Below are positions 49,938-63,487 of a stretch of 64,000 nt of DNA, piece by piece; position 1 is the first letter of the stretch; each line of letters opens with the position of its first letter. Under the pieces are notes generated by a model, which made no database searches, was not told the origin of the DNA, and saw only the letters and a program-made list of their open reading frames with translations. The DNA is taken from assembly GCF_006345805.1 (NCBI RefSeq), contig NC_043005.1, positions 90,830,001-90,894,000 of the forward strand, read 5' to 3'. Source of the DNA: Octopus sinensis (Eukaryota). A program made the position numbers and the translations under genes.

Positions 49938-51891
49938 TCATCATCATCATCATCATCATCATCGTTTAACGTCCGCTTTCCATGCTAGCATGGGTTTGAC
50001 GGTTCAACTGGTGTCTGGGGAGCCCGAAGGCTGCACCAGGCCAGTCAGATCTGGCAGTGTTTCTACAGCTGGATGCCCTTCCTAACGCCAACCACTCCGA
50101 GAGTGTAGTGGGTGATTTTATGTGCCACCGACACAGGTGCCAGACGAGGCTGGTGAACGGCCACGCTCGGATGGTGTTTTTTATGTGCCACCGACACAGG
50201 TGCCAGACGAGGCTGGCAGACGGCCACGCTCGGATGGTGTTTTTTATATGCCACCGACACAGGTGCCAGACGAGGCTGGCAAACGGCCACAATCGGATGG
50301 TGTTTGTTACGTGCCCACAGCACGGAGGCCAGTCGACGCGGTACTGGCTACGGCCACGTTCGGATAGTTTTCTTATGTGCCACCGGCACTGGTACCACAA
50401 AGCTACAAATTCCATTGATGTTCATCTATTTTGATTTGGTTTGATTTTCACTTGCCTCAACAGGTCTTCACAAGTGTCACAAGAAGGAAGGTATGCACAG
50501 GTGGACTGACTATGTCCCAGGTAGGGGCCACGGGTTATGGCCTCACTAGTCTTGCCAGGTCTTCTCATGCACAGCATACTTCCATAGGTCTCGGTCTCAA
50601 GTCATTTCCTTGGTGAGACCTAAAGTTCGAAGGTCGTGATTCACCACCTCGTCCCAGATTTTCCTGGGTCTACCTCTTCCACAGGTTTCCTCAACTGTTA
50701 GGGTGTAGCACTTTTGCACACAACTATCTTCAGCCATTCTCGTCACATGACCATACCAGCGCAGCCGTCTCTCTTGCACACCACAACTGATGCTTCTTAG
50801 GTTCAACTTTTCTCTCAAGGTACTTACACTCTGTCGATTTTGAACACTGACATTACACATCCATCGGAGCATACTGGCTTCATTTCTTGCGAGCTTACGC
50901 ATATCCTCAGCAGTCACGGCCCATGTTTCACTACCATGTAGCATGGCTGTACGTACACATGCATCATACAGTCTGCCTTTTACTCTGAGCGAGAGGCCTT
51001 TTGTCACCAGCAGGGGTAAGAGCTCTCTAAACTTTGCCCAGGCTATTCTTACTCTAGCCGTTACACTTTCAGCACACCCACCCCCCATCTACCTGAAGTC
51101 GTTTGTGATTGGTCCACCTTCCTACTTATTAGGACTTTGGTTTTGGCTAGGTTGATTCTAAGGCCCTTCGATTCTAATCCTTGTTTCCACACCTGAAACT
51201 TCTCCTCCAGTTCTGATAGTGACTCAGCAATTAGAGCAAGGTCATCAGCATAGAGGAACTCCCAGGAGCATCCTGTCTTGAATTCCTCGTTATTGCCTGG
51301 AGGACTATGATAAATAGGAGGGGGACTGGGGACTGAACCTTGGTGGACCCCAACCTCTACCCGGAATTCTTCACTGTACTCATTGCCAACCCTCATCTTA
51401 CTAGCAGCGTCTCTGTACATGGCTCGCACAGCTCTCACTAACCATTCATCTATCCCTAGTTTCCTCATTGACCACCAGATAAGGGATCGGGGGACCCTGT
51501 CAAAGGCTTTCTCCATGTCAACAAAAGCCAGGTACAAGGGCTTATCTTTGGCTAGGTATTTCTCCTGCAGCTGTCTTACCAGGAATATAGCATCAGTAGT
51601 ACTTTTTCCTGGCACGAACCCAAACTGCATCTCATCTAAGCTAACTCTCTCTCTAATTAATTGGGCTATAACCCTCTCCGTAACCTTCATTACCTGATCC
51701 AGCAGCTTGATACCCCTGTAGTTATTTGTATCTAGGGCGTCACCTTTACCTTTGTAGCAGTTGACTATTATGCTGCTACACCAGTCATTGGGTATGACTC
51801 CTTCGTGTATCACCTGGTTAACTATACGGGTGACTATGCTATAGCCGACACTACCAGATATTTTGAGCATCTCTGCAGTAATTCCTGATGG

Positions 51892-51893
<2 letters not shown>
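49938..51893 (-). mobile_element. RTE LINE, 5'-truncated, complete 3' UTR and (TGA)n tail
   Basis: ORF 51061..51870 (YRGIKLL, QFGFVPGKSTTDAIF, FVDMEKAFDRV, GVHQG, FLYADD) and ORF 50597..51088 (RLRWYGHV, GRGRPRKIW); three 63-bp subrepeats in the UTR. Confidence 0.95.
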
Positions 51894-51932
<39 letters not shown>

Positions 51933-52855
51933 TAAAAAGGGTAAGATAACAAAAGAAAGAAACCTCAATATTATATAAATAGAGGAATTTATCTGTAAAA
52001 GTAATATGTAATAATTATTTGGTAGCCAAGATAAAACTCCAAGTTTCGGATACTATATTGAAGTATACAATATATTTTTTACACATAATTTTTATTGTAC
52101 TCTACCTTCCAGCCTGCATGTTTTCCTATATGTATATAGACGTGTATATGGAATCCTTTGTGCGTGCATGTGGATGTGTGCGTGTGTATGGGTATGTGTG
52201 TAAATAGATGTGTGTGTGCGTACATGCGAGTACGCGTGTACATAGACGTATTTTATTCAGTGTTTTTATACATTTTCCTGTATTTTTTTTTCGATGTATG
52301 TATAATCCTTTTTTGCATGCGTGTGTGTGTGCATAGAGAATAAGTACTATAGACCAATAGAATAAGTATTAGGCTTACAAAGAATAAGTTCTGGGGTCGA
52401 TTTTCTCGACTAAAGGCAGTGCTACAGCATGGCCGCAGTCAAATGACTGAAATAAGTAAAAGAGTAAAAGAGTAAAGATATATATATATATATATATATG
52501 AGTGAATATTCTTCCAAACTTACAGGGAAAAATTCAATTTAGAAATACTAAATCAAATTTCACAAAATATAGTATATATATATATATATATAAATTAGAA
52601 AAAAGGTTTTTAGTATAAATTGCTTAATGGGTATTAGACTTTATTTGGATGTTTATTAAACAAATATATCAATTAATAATTTGATTTAATATATATAGTT
52701 TAAAGTGTTGTATTTAGTTTTCAATTAATGTACATTTTGTATCTTATATATATATATATAGATATATAGATATTTATTTTAAAGAATATATTTGTATTTT
52801 ACAAGATTATTTACGTATGTTTATTAATTAATTATTTTATTATTGTAGTTATCTT

Positions 52856-52959
52856 TAGCCTGATGAGTGGTTATATTTATATTGAAGTGATTTTACTACT
52901 ACTACTATTATTTTTACTATAATCATTTCTTAAATATAGCCACAAAACATGTGTGGTTA
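52856..52959 (+). ncRNA. Inactivated hammerhead motif
   Basis: tagc-CTGATGA-gtggttatattta...taaatatagccac-AAAAC-atgt-GTG-gtta; 13-bp stem II intact, but G12 is A and the cleavage base is G. Confidence 0.55.
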
Positions 52960-53100
52960 TTCTACCAAATATATACATTTTATTTATTATTTTGCACATT
53001 ACTTAATCATCGTTATATGTTTTATCTTATAATATGTAATTTTCTAGATGGTATAATTTAATTTTTCATTATTGAATTGATGAAAGGTGTTTTTTTTCTA

Positions 53101-53149
<49 letters not shown>

Positions 53150-53175
53150 CATACATATATGTATGTATATATATG

Positions 53176-53214
<39 letters not shown>

Positions 53215-53659
53215 ACACACATGTATGTACATATTGAGAAAAAGAGAGACATACATATAAGTATATGCGCAGCTCTAAGAATTAGCTTTACTATATATAT
53301 AGCATCAACACTCATATTAGAAAAGGATGGAGGCCAATACAAAAATAGTATGACATCAGCTCAGGCTGAAGGAAACAACACAAGTGGTTACTTACAGCTT
53401 CCTGTAGCTACCATTAAACTTGAGAAATAAATGCGTGACAACTTCATAATGAGTAGCATGGGTACTTAGAATATTTACAGTTTAGATTGGGGAACTAGCT
53501 ATCAAGTAAATACATGTCTGTTAGTAATTGCATGCATCACTTTACATACAGCAATTCAATATGACCCTTTGCTCTTCTGGCTGTATAGTAAAAGCTTAAG
53601 CCTCTGTTATTGCTGTTCTGCTTATGTCTCAAGTTACATAGAATTATGCTACTCACATC

Positions 53660-53862
53660 GGTCTGCTTGGTTTATTGCCCATAGGGGGCAAAACATAGAG
53701 GGGGACAAACAAGGACAAACAAAGGGATTAAGTCAATTACATCGACCCCAGTACGTAACTGGTACTTATTTAATCAACCCCGAAGGGATGAAAGGCAAAG
53801 TCGCCCTCAGCGGAATTTGAACTCAGAACGTAAAGACAGACGAAATACCTATTTCTTTACTA
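53660..53862 (-). mobile_element. SINE family A, 5'-truncated
   Basis: Reverse-complement core; near-identical to 54360-54550. Confidence 0.85.
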
Positions 53863-54354
53863 CATATTTAGTTTACTGATAAGGAAGATCAGTAATTGGG
53901 GGAATGGGGTAGAGCCCATGTTCTTTCCATGAGGAAAGCTTTACTTTTACAAATGTATCCTTAAAAACATGACTGTACTCTGAGTGTGCTCCACCCTCTC
54001 CTTTTACTATGCTGTGTGTGTGTTTGTTTGTGTGTATGTGTGTTTATTTGTGTGTGTATTTGCTTGTGTGTGTGACCGTGTGTGTGTGTGTGCGCGCATG
54101 TGCATGCAGTGGTGTGCATACATATAATTAAACAGACTCCAATGAGAATGGTCAGATTGGCAAAGCTTGTACTTCCCAATAGAATCAACAAAATGAGTAG
54201 AATTAACTTGCTGCTGGGAGTGGAAAATCCAATGTTTTGGATAAAATTCTTCTGTAGGAGAAAGGTGACAAGAGATATTTTACTATATACATATGCACAT
54301 ACATATATATGCATACACACACACACACACACACACACCCATATGTAAATTATT

Positions 54355-54772
54355 TATTTCTTTATTGCCCACAGGGGGCGAAACATAGAGGAGACAAACA
54401 AGGACAGACAAAGGGATTAAGTCAATTACATCGACCCCAGTACGTAACTGGTACTTATTTAATCAACCCCGAAGGGATGAAAGGCAAAGTCGACCTCGGT
54501 GGAATTTGAACTCAGAATGTAAAGACAGACGAAATACCTATTTCTTTACTACCCACAAGGGGGCTCAACACAGAAGGGATAAACAAGGATAGACAAACGG
54601 ATTAAGTCGATTATATTGACCCCAGTGCATAACTGGTATTTATTTAATCAACCCCGAAGGGATGAAAGGCAAAGTCAACCTCGGCAGAATTTGAACTCAG
54701 AACGTAACAGCAGACGAAATACCGCTAAGCATTTCGCCAGCATGCTAACGATTCTGCCAGCTCGCCGCCCTT
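54355..54772 (-). mobile_element. SINE family A, two tandem copies
   Basis: Full head at 54772 plus a truncated second unit. Confidence 0.88.
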
Positions 54773-55289
54773 ACACACACATATATAAATTATTAAGTAA
54801 GAAAATGGAGTTTCTAATCCAATAAACATATAATTTCCTTAATGTCCTTTCACCCTTGGGATATTTCGCTCAATTTGCAAACTGCAAGCTTATTTTATTA
54901 TATATGTTTTGTAATTTATATTGAGTGCAATTTGAAACAATTGTAGACAATGTTAATCAATTAATAAATTAATTTATATCTATTAAATCTTTCCATTTTC
55001 TTACTTAATAATATTTGATATTTATAATATATTTCTTGAAAAAAATATCTCTTCACTATATAATATATTAAACCAGTGCAACTTGGATGGAACCATCCCT
55101 ACAAGAGGTTTTTATATATTCATAGTGACTGAACATATATATATATATATATATATATATGCAAAATAAGACAAGGTAGAAAATAATTTTATCATGAAGA
55201 ATATTTTAGTACTGGTTTCAATCTTTGCAACTTTTTCAACTTAGAGTGAAGCATGAAAAACAATTAAATTATAGAAAAATTAAATGAGA

Positions 55290-55463
55290 CGTTTTTATGT
55301 TCTGAGTTCAAATTTCGCTGAGGTCGACTTTGCCTTTCATCCTTTCAGGATCGATAAATAAAGTACCAGTTACACACTGGGGTCGATGTAATCGACTTAA
55401 TCCCTTTGTCTGTTCTTGTTTGTCCCGTCTATGTTTAGCCCCTTGTGGGCAATAAAGAAATAA
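55290..55463 (+). mobile_element. SINE family A, truncated
   Basis: Core and tail present. Confidence 0.85.
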
Positions 55464-55764
55464 GAATGGACGTTATAACAGTCCGACGTTGGATTACAAC
55501 AGATAGTTTATTTTTAAAATAACATTCTAGAATAATTGTGAGAAATTGTATCTGGTCAATTTGAACATGAAACAGATAAAATATTTGAGCTAGATATGGC
55601 TGGCTTAATGCTAAAAGGTTAAGTGAAACATTAATGGCATTAATTTCACTAGTTTCTGTGAAGGCGTTCAAAGAACATGGGCTCCACCTTATTCCCCCAA
55701 TTCCTCGAAGCATAGTAAAAGGAGAGTGTGGAGCACACTCAGAGTACAGTCATGGTTTTAAGGA

Positions 55765-56530
55765 TACAAGGAGTGGCTGTGTGGTAAGTAGCTTGCTTAC
55801 CAACCACATGGTTCTGGGTTCAGTCCCACTGCGTGGCACCTTGGGCAAGTGTCTTCTACTATAGCCTCGGGCCGACCAAAGCCTTGTGATTGGATTTGGT
55901 GCACAGAAACTGAAAGAAGCCCGTCGTATATGTGTGTGTGTGTGTGTTTGTGTGTCGGTGTTTGTCACCCCACCAACGCTTGACAACTGATGCTGGTGTA
56001 TTTACTTCCCCATAACTTAGCGGTTCAGCAAAAGAGACCAATAGAATAAGTACTAGGCTTACAAAGTATAAGTGCTGGTAGTCTATTTGCTCGACTAAAG
56101 ACAGTGCTCCAGCATGGCCAAAGTCAAATGACTGAAACAAGTAAAAAGAAAACGATAAAAGAAAAGTAAGCTTTCCTCATATACACAAATAAATACTTGT
56201 GTTTATATGCATGTGTGTGTGTGTGTGGTGTGTGTGTGTGTGTGTGTTTGTGTGTCGGTGTTTGTCACCCCACCAACGCTTGACAACTGATGCTGGTGTA
56301 TTTACTTCCCCATAACTTAGCGGTTCAGCAAAAGAGACCAATAGAATAAGTACTAGGCTTACAAAGTATAAGTGCTGGTAGTCTATTTGCTCGACTAAAG
56401 ACAGTGCTCCAGCATGGCCAAAGTCAAATGACTGAAACAAGTAAAAAGAAAACGATAAAAGAAAAGTAAAGCTTTCCTCATATACACAAATAAATACTTG
56501 TGTTTATATGCATGTGTGTGTGTGTGTATG
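55765..56530 (+). mobile_element. SINE family B with a 300-bp tandem duplication of its 3' half plus flank
   Basis: TTTGTGTGTCGGTG at 55947 and 56247; the copies differ by about one base apart from (TG)n length. Confidence 0.9.
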
Positions 56531-56939
56531 CTTCAACATCTGAAGTGTAAATTTTTTCATCTACAAAGATATTTTCATGCATATGCACATATGTACACAG
56601 ACACACATGCATTTTTAAATGACTATAAATTAATTATTCCATTTTCACTTTTGAGCACGTATTTGTGAAATTGTACTTGTGTGTATGAAAAATTAACAAG
56701 TGCTTTTTGCTTTGTTTTAGTTTTTTTGTCACGTCTAATATATCAACGTTATTTTTGTTGGCAAATTGAAATGATATATGTATACAACAAAATGAGACAC
56801 TTCCTGTTTTGCACATAGCCAACCCCAGTGAAGCAGACAAACCAGTAGACAAGGATTTTAAGAATATATAAAATATGACACTTAATATCTTTTATCATTC
56901 AGTTTTTACTTGTTTCAGTCACTGGACTGCAGCTATGTT

Positions 56940-57401
56940 GAAATTTACACTGGGGGTAAAATGGGGTGGGTAATGGGGTGGGTAATGGTGTGAGGAGGGT
57001 TGAAAGTTGCTCAGGGCTAGACAGGTTATGCTGTTTGAATAACAGTGGCTTTTCGTGTTGCTGCAGGGGCTAGAAGCGGTTATCTTTAATTGTGGGTGTA
57101 AAAATTTGGGGGATTTTGGAAAGCGGGGTAAAATTTTTCAACTTTTAAAAAGAGTACATTTTTGCCCTATTTTTAGATTTAATTTTTTTCTGTTTGCATT
57201 ATTTGGTTGACATGGGTAAAAATGGCATTGTGTTAAAGGCCAAAATTTTAACTTTCATTTGCATCATGAACCATCAAAATATACCAGAAAAAAGTATCAA
57301 ATTTCACAAAATTTTAAGTAATTTTGAATTATTTTTGTGATTTTACATGCACACATAAGAGAAAGCATGGGAGAGTCCGAGAGAAAAGAAGAGTAAGCTA
57401 G
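56940..57401 (+). mobile_element. Helitron-like fragment (inverted sister of 59978-60911)
   Basis: Reverse complement of ~60085-60540; ends CTAG|T at 57398-57402. Confidence 0.7.
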
Positions 57402-57639
57402 TCTATGTATAAATATAAAAGTTTCATAATCTAACTTGATACCAGTTGAAGGGTTTTAATCAAAAAATTTTAAAACTGGTATTTATCATACCAATTTCTT
57501 TCATTGAGCTTCTAAGTTACAGGGATATAAACAAATCAACACTGGTTGTCAAGGGGTGGCTATGAATGCAGAGGGAGTGCAAAGACTAGACAGGAATGAA
57601 ACAAGTGTGCTCCACTGGATGAGTAATATGAGTGTACAT

Positions 57640-58110
57640 GTGCAACAGATCACTAGGGAAAAAGTTAGGCATAAGTTAGGCAAGAAAAGTTAGGCATAAG
57701 AGGAATTAGATGCATTGTGCAAGGGGGAAGACTACACAGGTGTGGTCATGTGATGTGTATGGAAGTTGACAGTTGCATACAGAAGTGCTGATCATTTAAG
57801 GTGGAACTCGTGGATGAAGGAGATGAAGTACTGAAGGCCAATGTCAAGACACTGAACCTTACAAAGCAGATGGCAAAGGACCAAGATAACTGGCACTTTG
57901 CTGTACTTAAGAAGACCTGTCCACCACAGAAGAATTGATACCAGGGCTGGTGCCATGTAAAAAAAAAAGCACCCATGCTGGTGCCAAGCAGAAAGTACTC
58001 ATTCTGGTGCCATATTAAAAGCACTGGTGCTAGTACCACATAAAAAGCACCCAGTTCACTCTGTAAAGTTGCTGCTGTGAGGAAGGGCATGCAGTCACAG
58101 AAGCCATGCC
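57640..58110 (+). mobile_element. Degenerate RTE 3' fragment
   Basis: KKLGIRGIRCIVQ..RL...GHV remnants, then GTGCCATGTAAAAAAAAGCACCC UTR motifs. Confidence 0.65.
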
Positions 58111-58571
58111 AAAACAGATAATATATATGCATATGTATATATACACACATACACAATTTCTGTCTACCAAATTCACTCACAAAGGTTAGACCAGGTCTAT
58201 AGTAGAAGACATTTGCCCAAGGTGATATGCAGAAGAACTGAACTCCAAACCAAAGCTTCTCAACTACACTACCGTGTCTGCACTTATGTAATGAATAAAT
58301 AAAATTATCTGCTTCTTCTCTTTATCAAAGATACCATCACCATCATCTTTATAATCTTCACAGTGAGCATTATCTGTGGGGTTATTTGATCTGCTAGAAA
58401 CAGCACCCAAATCCCCTTCAAATCACAGGTTACCATCTTACAGAAAAGGAAGGACACATTGGACAATATATTTCTAGATATATAATAAAACTCAGTGGTT
58501 ATGACTGGAAAGCTTTTAAAAATAGCTCTCCTCAACCAGGGGTGGCCTGGGTCTAAGTAGCAACAACAAGT

Positions 58572-58920
58572 GGAGGCGCAATGGCCCAGTGGTTAGGGCA
58601 GCAGACTCGTGGTCAGAGGATCACGATTTCGATTCTCAGACTGTTTATTGAGCAAAAACACCTAAAGCTCCACGAGGCTCCAGCAGGGGGGGGGGCGACC
58701 CCTGTTGTACTCTTTCGCCCCAACTTTCTCTCACTCTTTCTTCCTGTTTCTTGTCCCCGACTTCCTACTCAACCGCTGTGCCTGGATGTGCACTCAGCCA
58801 TCTGTCGATGCTCTCGGTGTCGGGGGTTGACCTGCTTTCTCTTCTGCGGGTCTTATGAATAGCAAAGGACCACGTTTCGGACTTCTCCCATCTTGCAAGC
58901 TCTGGGACAAAGACCATTCG
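58572..58920 (+). mobile_element. SINE family C
   Basis: GGAGGCGCAATGGCCCAGTGGTTAGGGCAG head. Confidence 0.8.
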
Positions 58921-59977
58921 CTCAACAAAAACAGCAACAGCATAGCAACAACAATAACCATGACAAATCATCAATATTATCACCATGATCATCATTATCT
59001 CTGTTGTCACGAACAAAATCATCATCTGCATACCCGCTCATATCATCATCATAATAATCAGCATTATTCTCATCATCATTGTCGTCATTATCACCGTCAT
59101 CATCATCGTCATCATTATCACCATGTTCATCATCATTCGCTCTCCTTTCATGATAATTAGAATCAATGTCATCCTGTTCGTCTTCATTTTTTCAATTCCA
59201 TCATCATCTTCCTCATCATCGTCATTATCATCATCATCGTTGTCATCATCATCATCACCATCATCATCATTATCACCATCATCATTAGCAACAGTAGCAG
59301 CAACAGCAGCTGCTGCTGCTGTATTGTCCTTACATCACATTATCATCCTTGTCATAATATCCTCATCTTTGTTCTCACTGTTGTCAAAGCCATCATTATC
59401 ATCATCATCATCATCACAATAATCCCGATCATTGTCCTAATCATAATCATCGTTTTTATTCTCCTCCTCCGACCTCCTCCTCATCATCATCATCATCACC
59501 ATCATCATCACCATTACTGTTGCCACTGTAGTCGTTCCTCATTACCATCGCTGTCTTCATCATAATTATTGTACTTGCATGATTATTACCCTTGTCGTCA
59601 TCATCGTTTTCATTATAAATATTGTGATCATTATCAGAATTACATCCACTACCATCTATGTACAATAAAAGAACACATCTCCCCAGGCATTTAAGCACAC
59701 TGCCTACTGCGGTCTGTCAGTAAATTTTCTCTAGCTTAGTCAAGGAAGGCATTTAAGACAAACTGGTTGCTGATTCAGGTGCATGAAACATCACTAAACT
59801 TGTACTGTAAATCTGTTTTTAAGTCTATTATCATGAAAAATCGTGCCAAGAGAATAAAGTACTTAGAAGCTACATGAAATATCACGAAAGCAAAAACAAC
59901 TGGACAAACTACACAACACTTAAAAGCTTACAACTGGTATCAAGTTAGATTATGAAACTTTTATATTTATAGATAGA

Positions 59978-60911
59978 CTAGCATAAGGTGACCCGCTCTA
60001 CACGTGGGTGAGGGTGTGCTTGTTACTTTCTGTTTCTTATCGCTACATTCTCCCTCTTTGTTTCTCTCACTTTTCTCTCTCATTTTCCCACTCTCTTACT
60101 CTTCCTTTCTCTCAGACTCTTCCTCACTTTCTCTTATGCTTGCACGTAAAATCACAAAAATAATTCAAAATTACTTAAAATTTTGTGAAATTTGATACTT
60201 TTTTCTGGTATATTTTGACGGTTCATGATGCAAATGAAAGCTAAAATTTTGGCCTTTAACACAATGCCATTTTTACCCATGTCAATCAAATAATCCAAAC
60301 AAAAAAATTGAATCTAAAAATAGGGCAAAAATGTACTCTTTTTAAAAGTTGAAAAATTTTACTCCACTTTCCAAAATCCCCCAAATTTTTACACCCACAA
60401 TTAAAGATAACCGCCTCTAGCCCCTGCAGCAACACGAAAAGCCACCATTATTCAAACAGCGCAACCTGTCTAGCCCCGAGCAACTTGCAACCCTCCTTAC
60501 ACCATTGCCCACCCCATTTTACCCCCAGTGTAAATTTTGGTGCCAATCAGATCCCATCTACAGCCCCTTAAACTGTTCCCATCCAATAATGAGACAAACA
60601 ACCAAGAAATCAAGCAACTTTTTCGCATTTTAGCTTTATAGATATTGATGATGGAGGGAAGGAAGGAAAGAGAGAGATTGAGGAAGACAGGGTGATATCC
60701 AAAAGAAATGACAAACACTTGTCAAAGTCTGGGTTTTGTTGCCCTAGTAACCACAGCTTTTGAGATACGGGTTTCTGACCTAGTCCAGTCACTCGCCTAT
60801 TTTTACATGTCCCTGTAAATTTTGGCACCAATCCAACCCCATCTACCGCTCCTTAAACTGTTCCCATCCCAAAATGAGACAAACAACTTTTTTGGATTTC
60901 AACTTTATAGA
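59978..60911 (-). mobile_element. Non-autonomous Helitron with two 5' termini
   Basis: 3' CCCACGTGTAGAGCGGG hairpin remnant plus CTAG|T (59981-59977); A|TCTATAAAG at both 60911 and 60642. Confidence 0.75.
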
Positions 60912-60959
60912 TATTGATATAACATAAGGGTTAAATTAAATGTAGCAGTATAAGGCACA

Positions 60960-61335
60960 CGATTTCTATAAAAGACCAGCTGAGGAATGTGCATAATGGT
61001 TCTGATATATGCTGGTGGTCTCATTTAGGCAGCTATAACATTCTGCACAGCCTCACACTCAACACAGAGGCCTACATCTCAAAGTGCATGAAGGGGTTAG
61101 TACTACCCTGGGTCAAGAGAGTGGCTACTGGAAGACCCTATGTCTGGCAACAGGATTCTGCACCATGCCAAACAAGTAGGAGAACACAGTCATGGCTGAA
61201 AGACAATTTCTGTGACCACATCACCCCTAACATCTGGCCACCTAACTCCCCAGCCTGCAAACCCCTTGATTATTATGTGTGGAGCGCAGTTGAGTGAGAG
61301 ATCAACAAAATTTCTTGTAACACCAAAGATGCACA
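60960..61335 (+). pseudogene. DD37D (maT-type) Tc1/mariner transposase fragment
   Basis: WQQDSAP...WPPNSPACKPLDYYVWS; I count 37 residues between the second and third catalytic D. Confidence 0.85.
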
Positions 61336-61349
61336 TGGAGTATTTTAGA

Positions 61350-61515
61350 TAGAGCTGCACCTTACAGGCATGGTGCACATAAAAAAACCATCAAATGTGA
61401 TTTATGTCTACTGGAAAAATATTTTATTTCATTCCAGGATAATAACTCTTTAAATCAAAGACGCGAACTCTTGAATTCCTGCAGACATGCAGCTAAATTT
61501 AAAATGTTAACTAGC
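61350..61515 (+). pseudogene. Penelope-like ORF C-terminal tip
   Basis: Manual translation KCDLCLLEKYFI...LNQRRELLNSCRHAAKFKM, matching the CxLCLxEK...LNxRxELxxxCRH ending of PLE endonucleases. Confidence 0.7.
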
Positions 61516-62418
61516 AATATACTATTTGGATAGTGTATATTTTTTTTATTCTTGGACTAGTTTTTAATCACACTTTTGGATTTGTTTCTTATTATACACG
61601 ATTTATTTCATATCACAAAGTTATTGTATATATTTCGACTTATTTCTTAAGAAAAACCTTCGACTGTTATATGCAAATATTATTTTCTTCTTTAAGATTC
61701 TAATTTTATTTTATTTTATTTCATTTTATTGTATTTTATAAACCCATTTTAATCGTTTAATTTATAGATAATTCAATATAGGGTGTTCTATTTTGCATGT
61801 CTTTTATCCGAATTTTATTATTATACACTCAGCAATTTTATTTTTAAAATGTTGTTTGTATATATACATCAGGACCTAGACATGTTTTTATGTGGATGTT
61901 TGTATTGTTGGCATGCATGTGTATTCGTATGTATACGTCTATTGTATATGTGTAAGTAAGCATGTATGTTTATACTTGTGCACATACATACATAGATGTA
62001 TATGTATGCATGTATTCACTCAGATTTGTGTAGATGTATATTTACGTACATATTTCTATATATTTCTATATGTGATCTTATATGTGTATTTATGTTAATA
62101 TACACTTTTGTATACACATGTATAAGTAATTTTATTTTGTGTACGTTCATTACACATATTCAGCAACCTATCTTTCTTTCTTTCTTTTCTTTTCCTTACG
62201 GAAAGTATATTTTCTCCCCTATTCGTTACTTGTATAGAGTCCTTTAGCTTTGCGCTCCTCTCCCATCCTCTCACTCACCTCTTTCCCTCGCTATCTGTTA
62301 CATCTAAGATCCTTCCTTTTTCTTTTTCTTTCCCCCTCTCGGCGTTTTAAAATTTACTTCTCGTCTATATATATATACCAAGTGATTTTTGCATGTGAGC
62401 ATGATTGCGTACATATGT

Positions 62419-62511
<93 letters not shown>

Positions 62512-62579
62512 TATATATATATATTATATATATATATAAGTATATACTTATAATTTTAAAATAAACATACAAATTTACA

Positions 62580-62715
62580 CACGAAGACACATAGTCTATA
62601 CCCTAGGGACGTAGCTTCAACAGTGTTCTTTCTGATGTGAATTTGCTACCCAGGTATCGGTTATCTTTCGAATTATCCTTAATAAGATAATTCATTCAAC
62701 TACTCAAGTATATAA
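62580..62715 (+). repeat. Copy of the sequence flanking the 35.2-kb palindrome
   Basis: TGAATTTGCTACCCAGGTATCG is the reverse complement of CGATACCTGGGTAGCAAATTCA at ~35043-35064; similarity spans ~34995-35120. Confidence 0.7.
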
Positions 62716-62756
62716 ATATATATATATACATATGTATATATATATATACATATATA

Positions 62757-62858
<102 letters not shown>

Positions 62859-63034
62859 ATGAATTTCTTGTGTTTGACGGCATGAGCTGTCTTTTTTTTA
62901 TATAACTTTTTTTTGATAAGTTCATTTCAGGAACTGAAACATGTTATAATGTATATATATAAAAATTAAAAATTGTATAATACAGCAGCATTTTCGAACT
63001 TCATTTTTTACAAATATATATATATATATATATC

Positions 63035-63065
<31 letters not shown>

Positions 63066-63487
63066 CTGTATTTGTGTGTATAGTTACGTCTTACATATAT
63101 ATGTCTGTATATGTATGTAGTCTGTGTACATCCATCTGTGTATTTTGATGTATATATGTATATTGATGGTTTAGTTTGCGTATATACTGTTGTAAAATAT
63201 TTATGTAATGCAGCATGAAAATTTTAATTTTAATTTCTATTGTATTAATTGTATAATTGAATTATATTTCATATATATTTATTTGCAATATGTATTTTGA
63301 ATCCACTCTTCGATTTAAGGTTTTCCTCAATTATAATAGGATCAACTTATATTGAATTCATATATTTTGTTTATTTTGTTCATTGCATGCTTAAGAACGT
63401 TAATTGAAACGACCAAGGACACAAATCCATTTTTAAAGGTGTATCCTTTAATTAGTTTTGATCATATCATTATTTCTTTTCTATTTT

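Noticed and set aside
62905-62950. Hammerhead-like TTGATAA-gttc..gaac-t-GAAACATGTT
   Set aside because: Two core changes, an extra base and no stem I; too degenerate to call.
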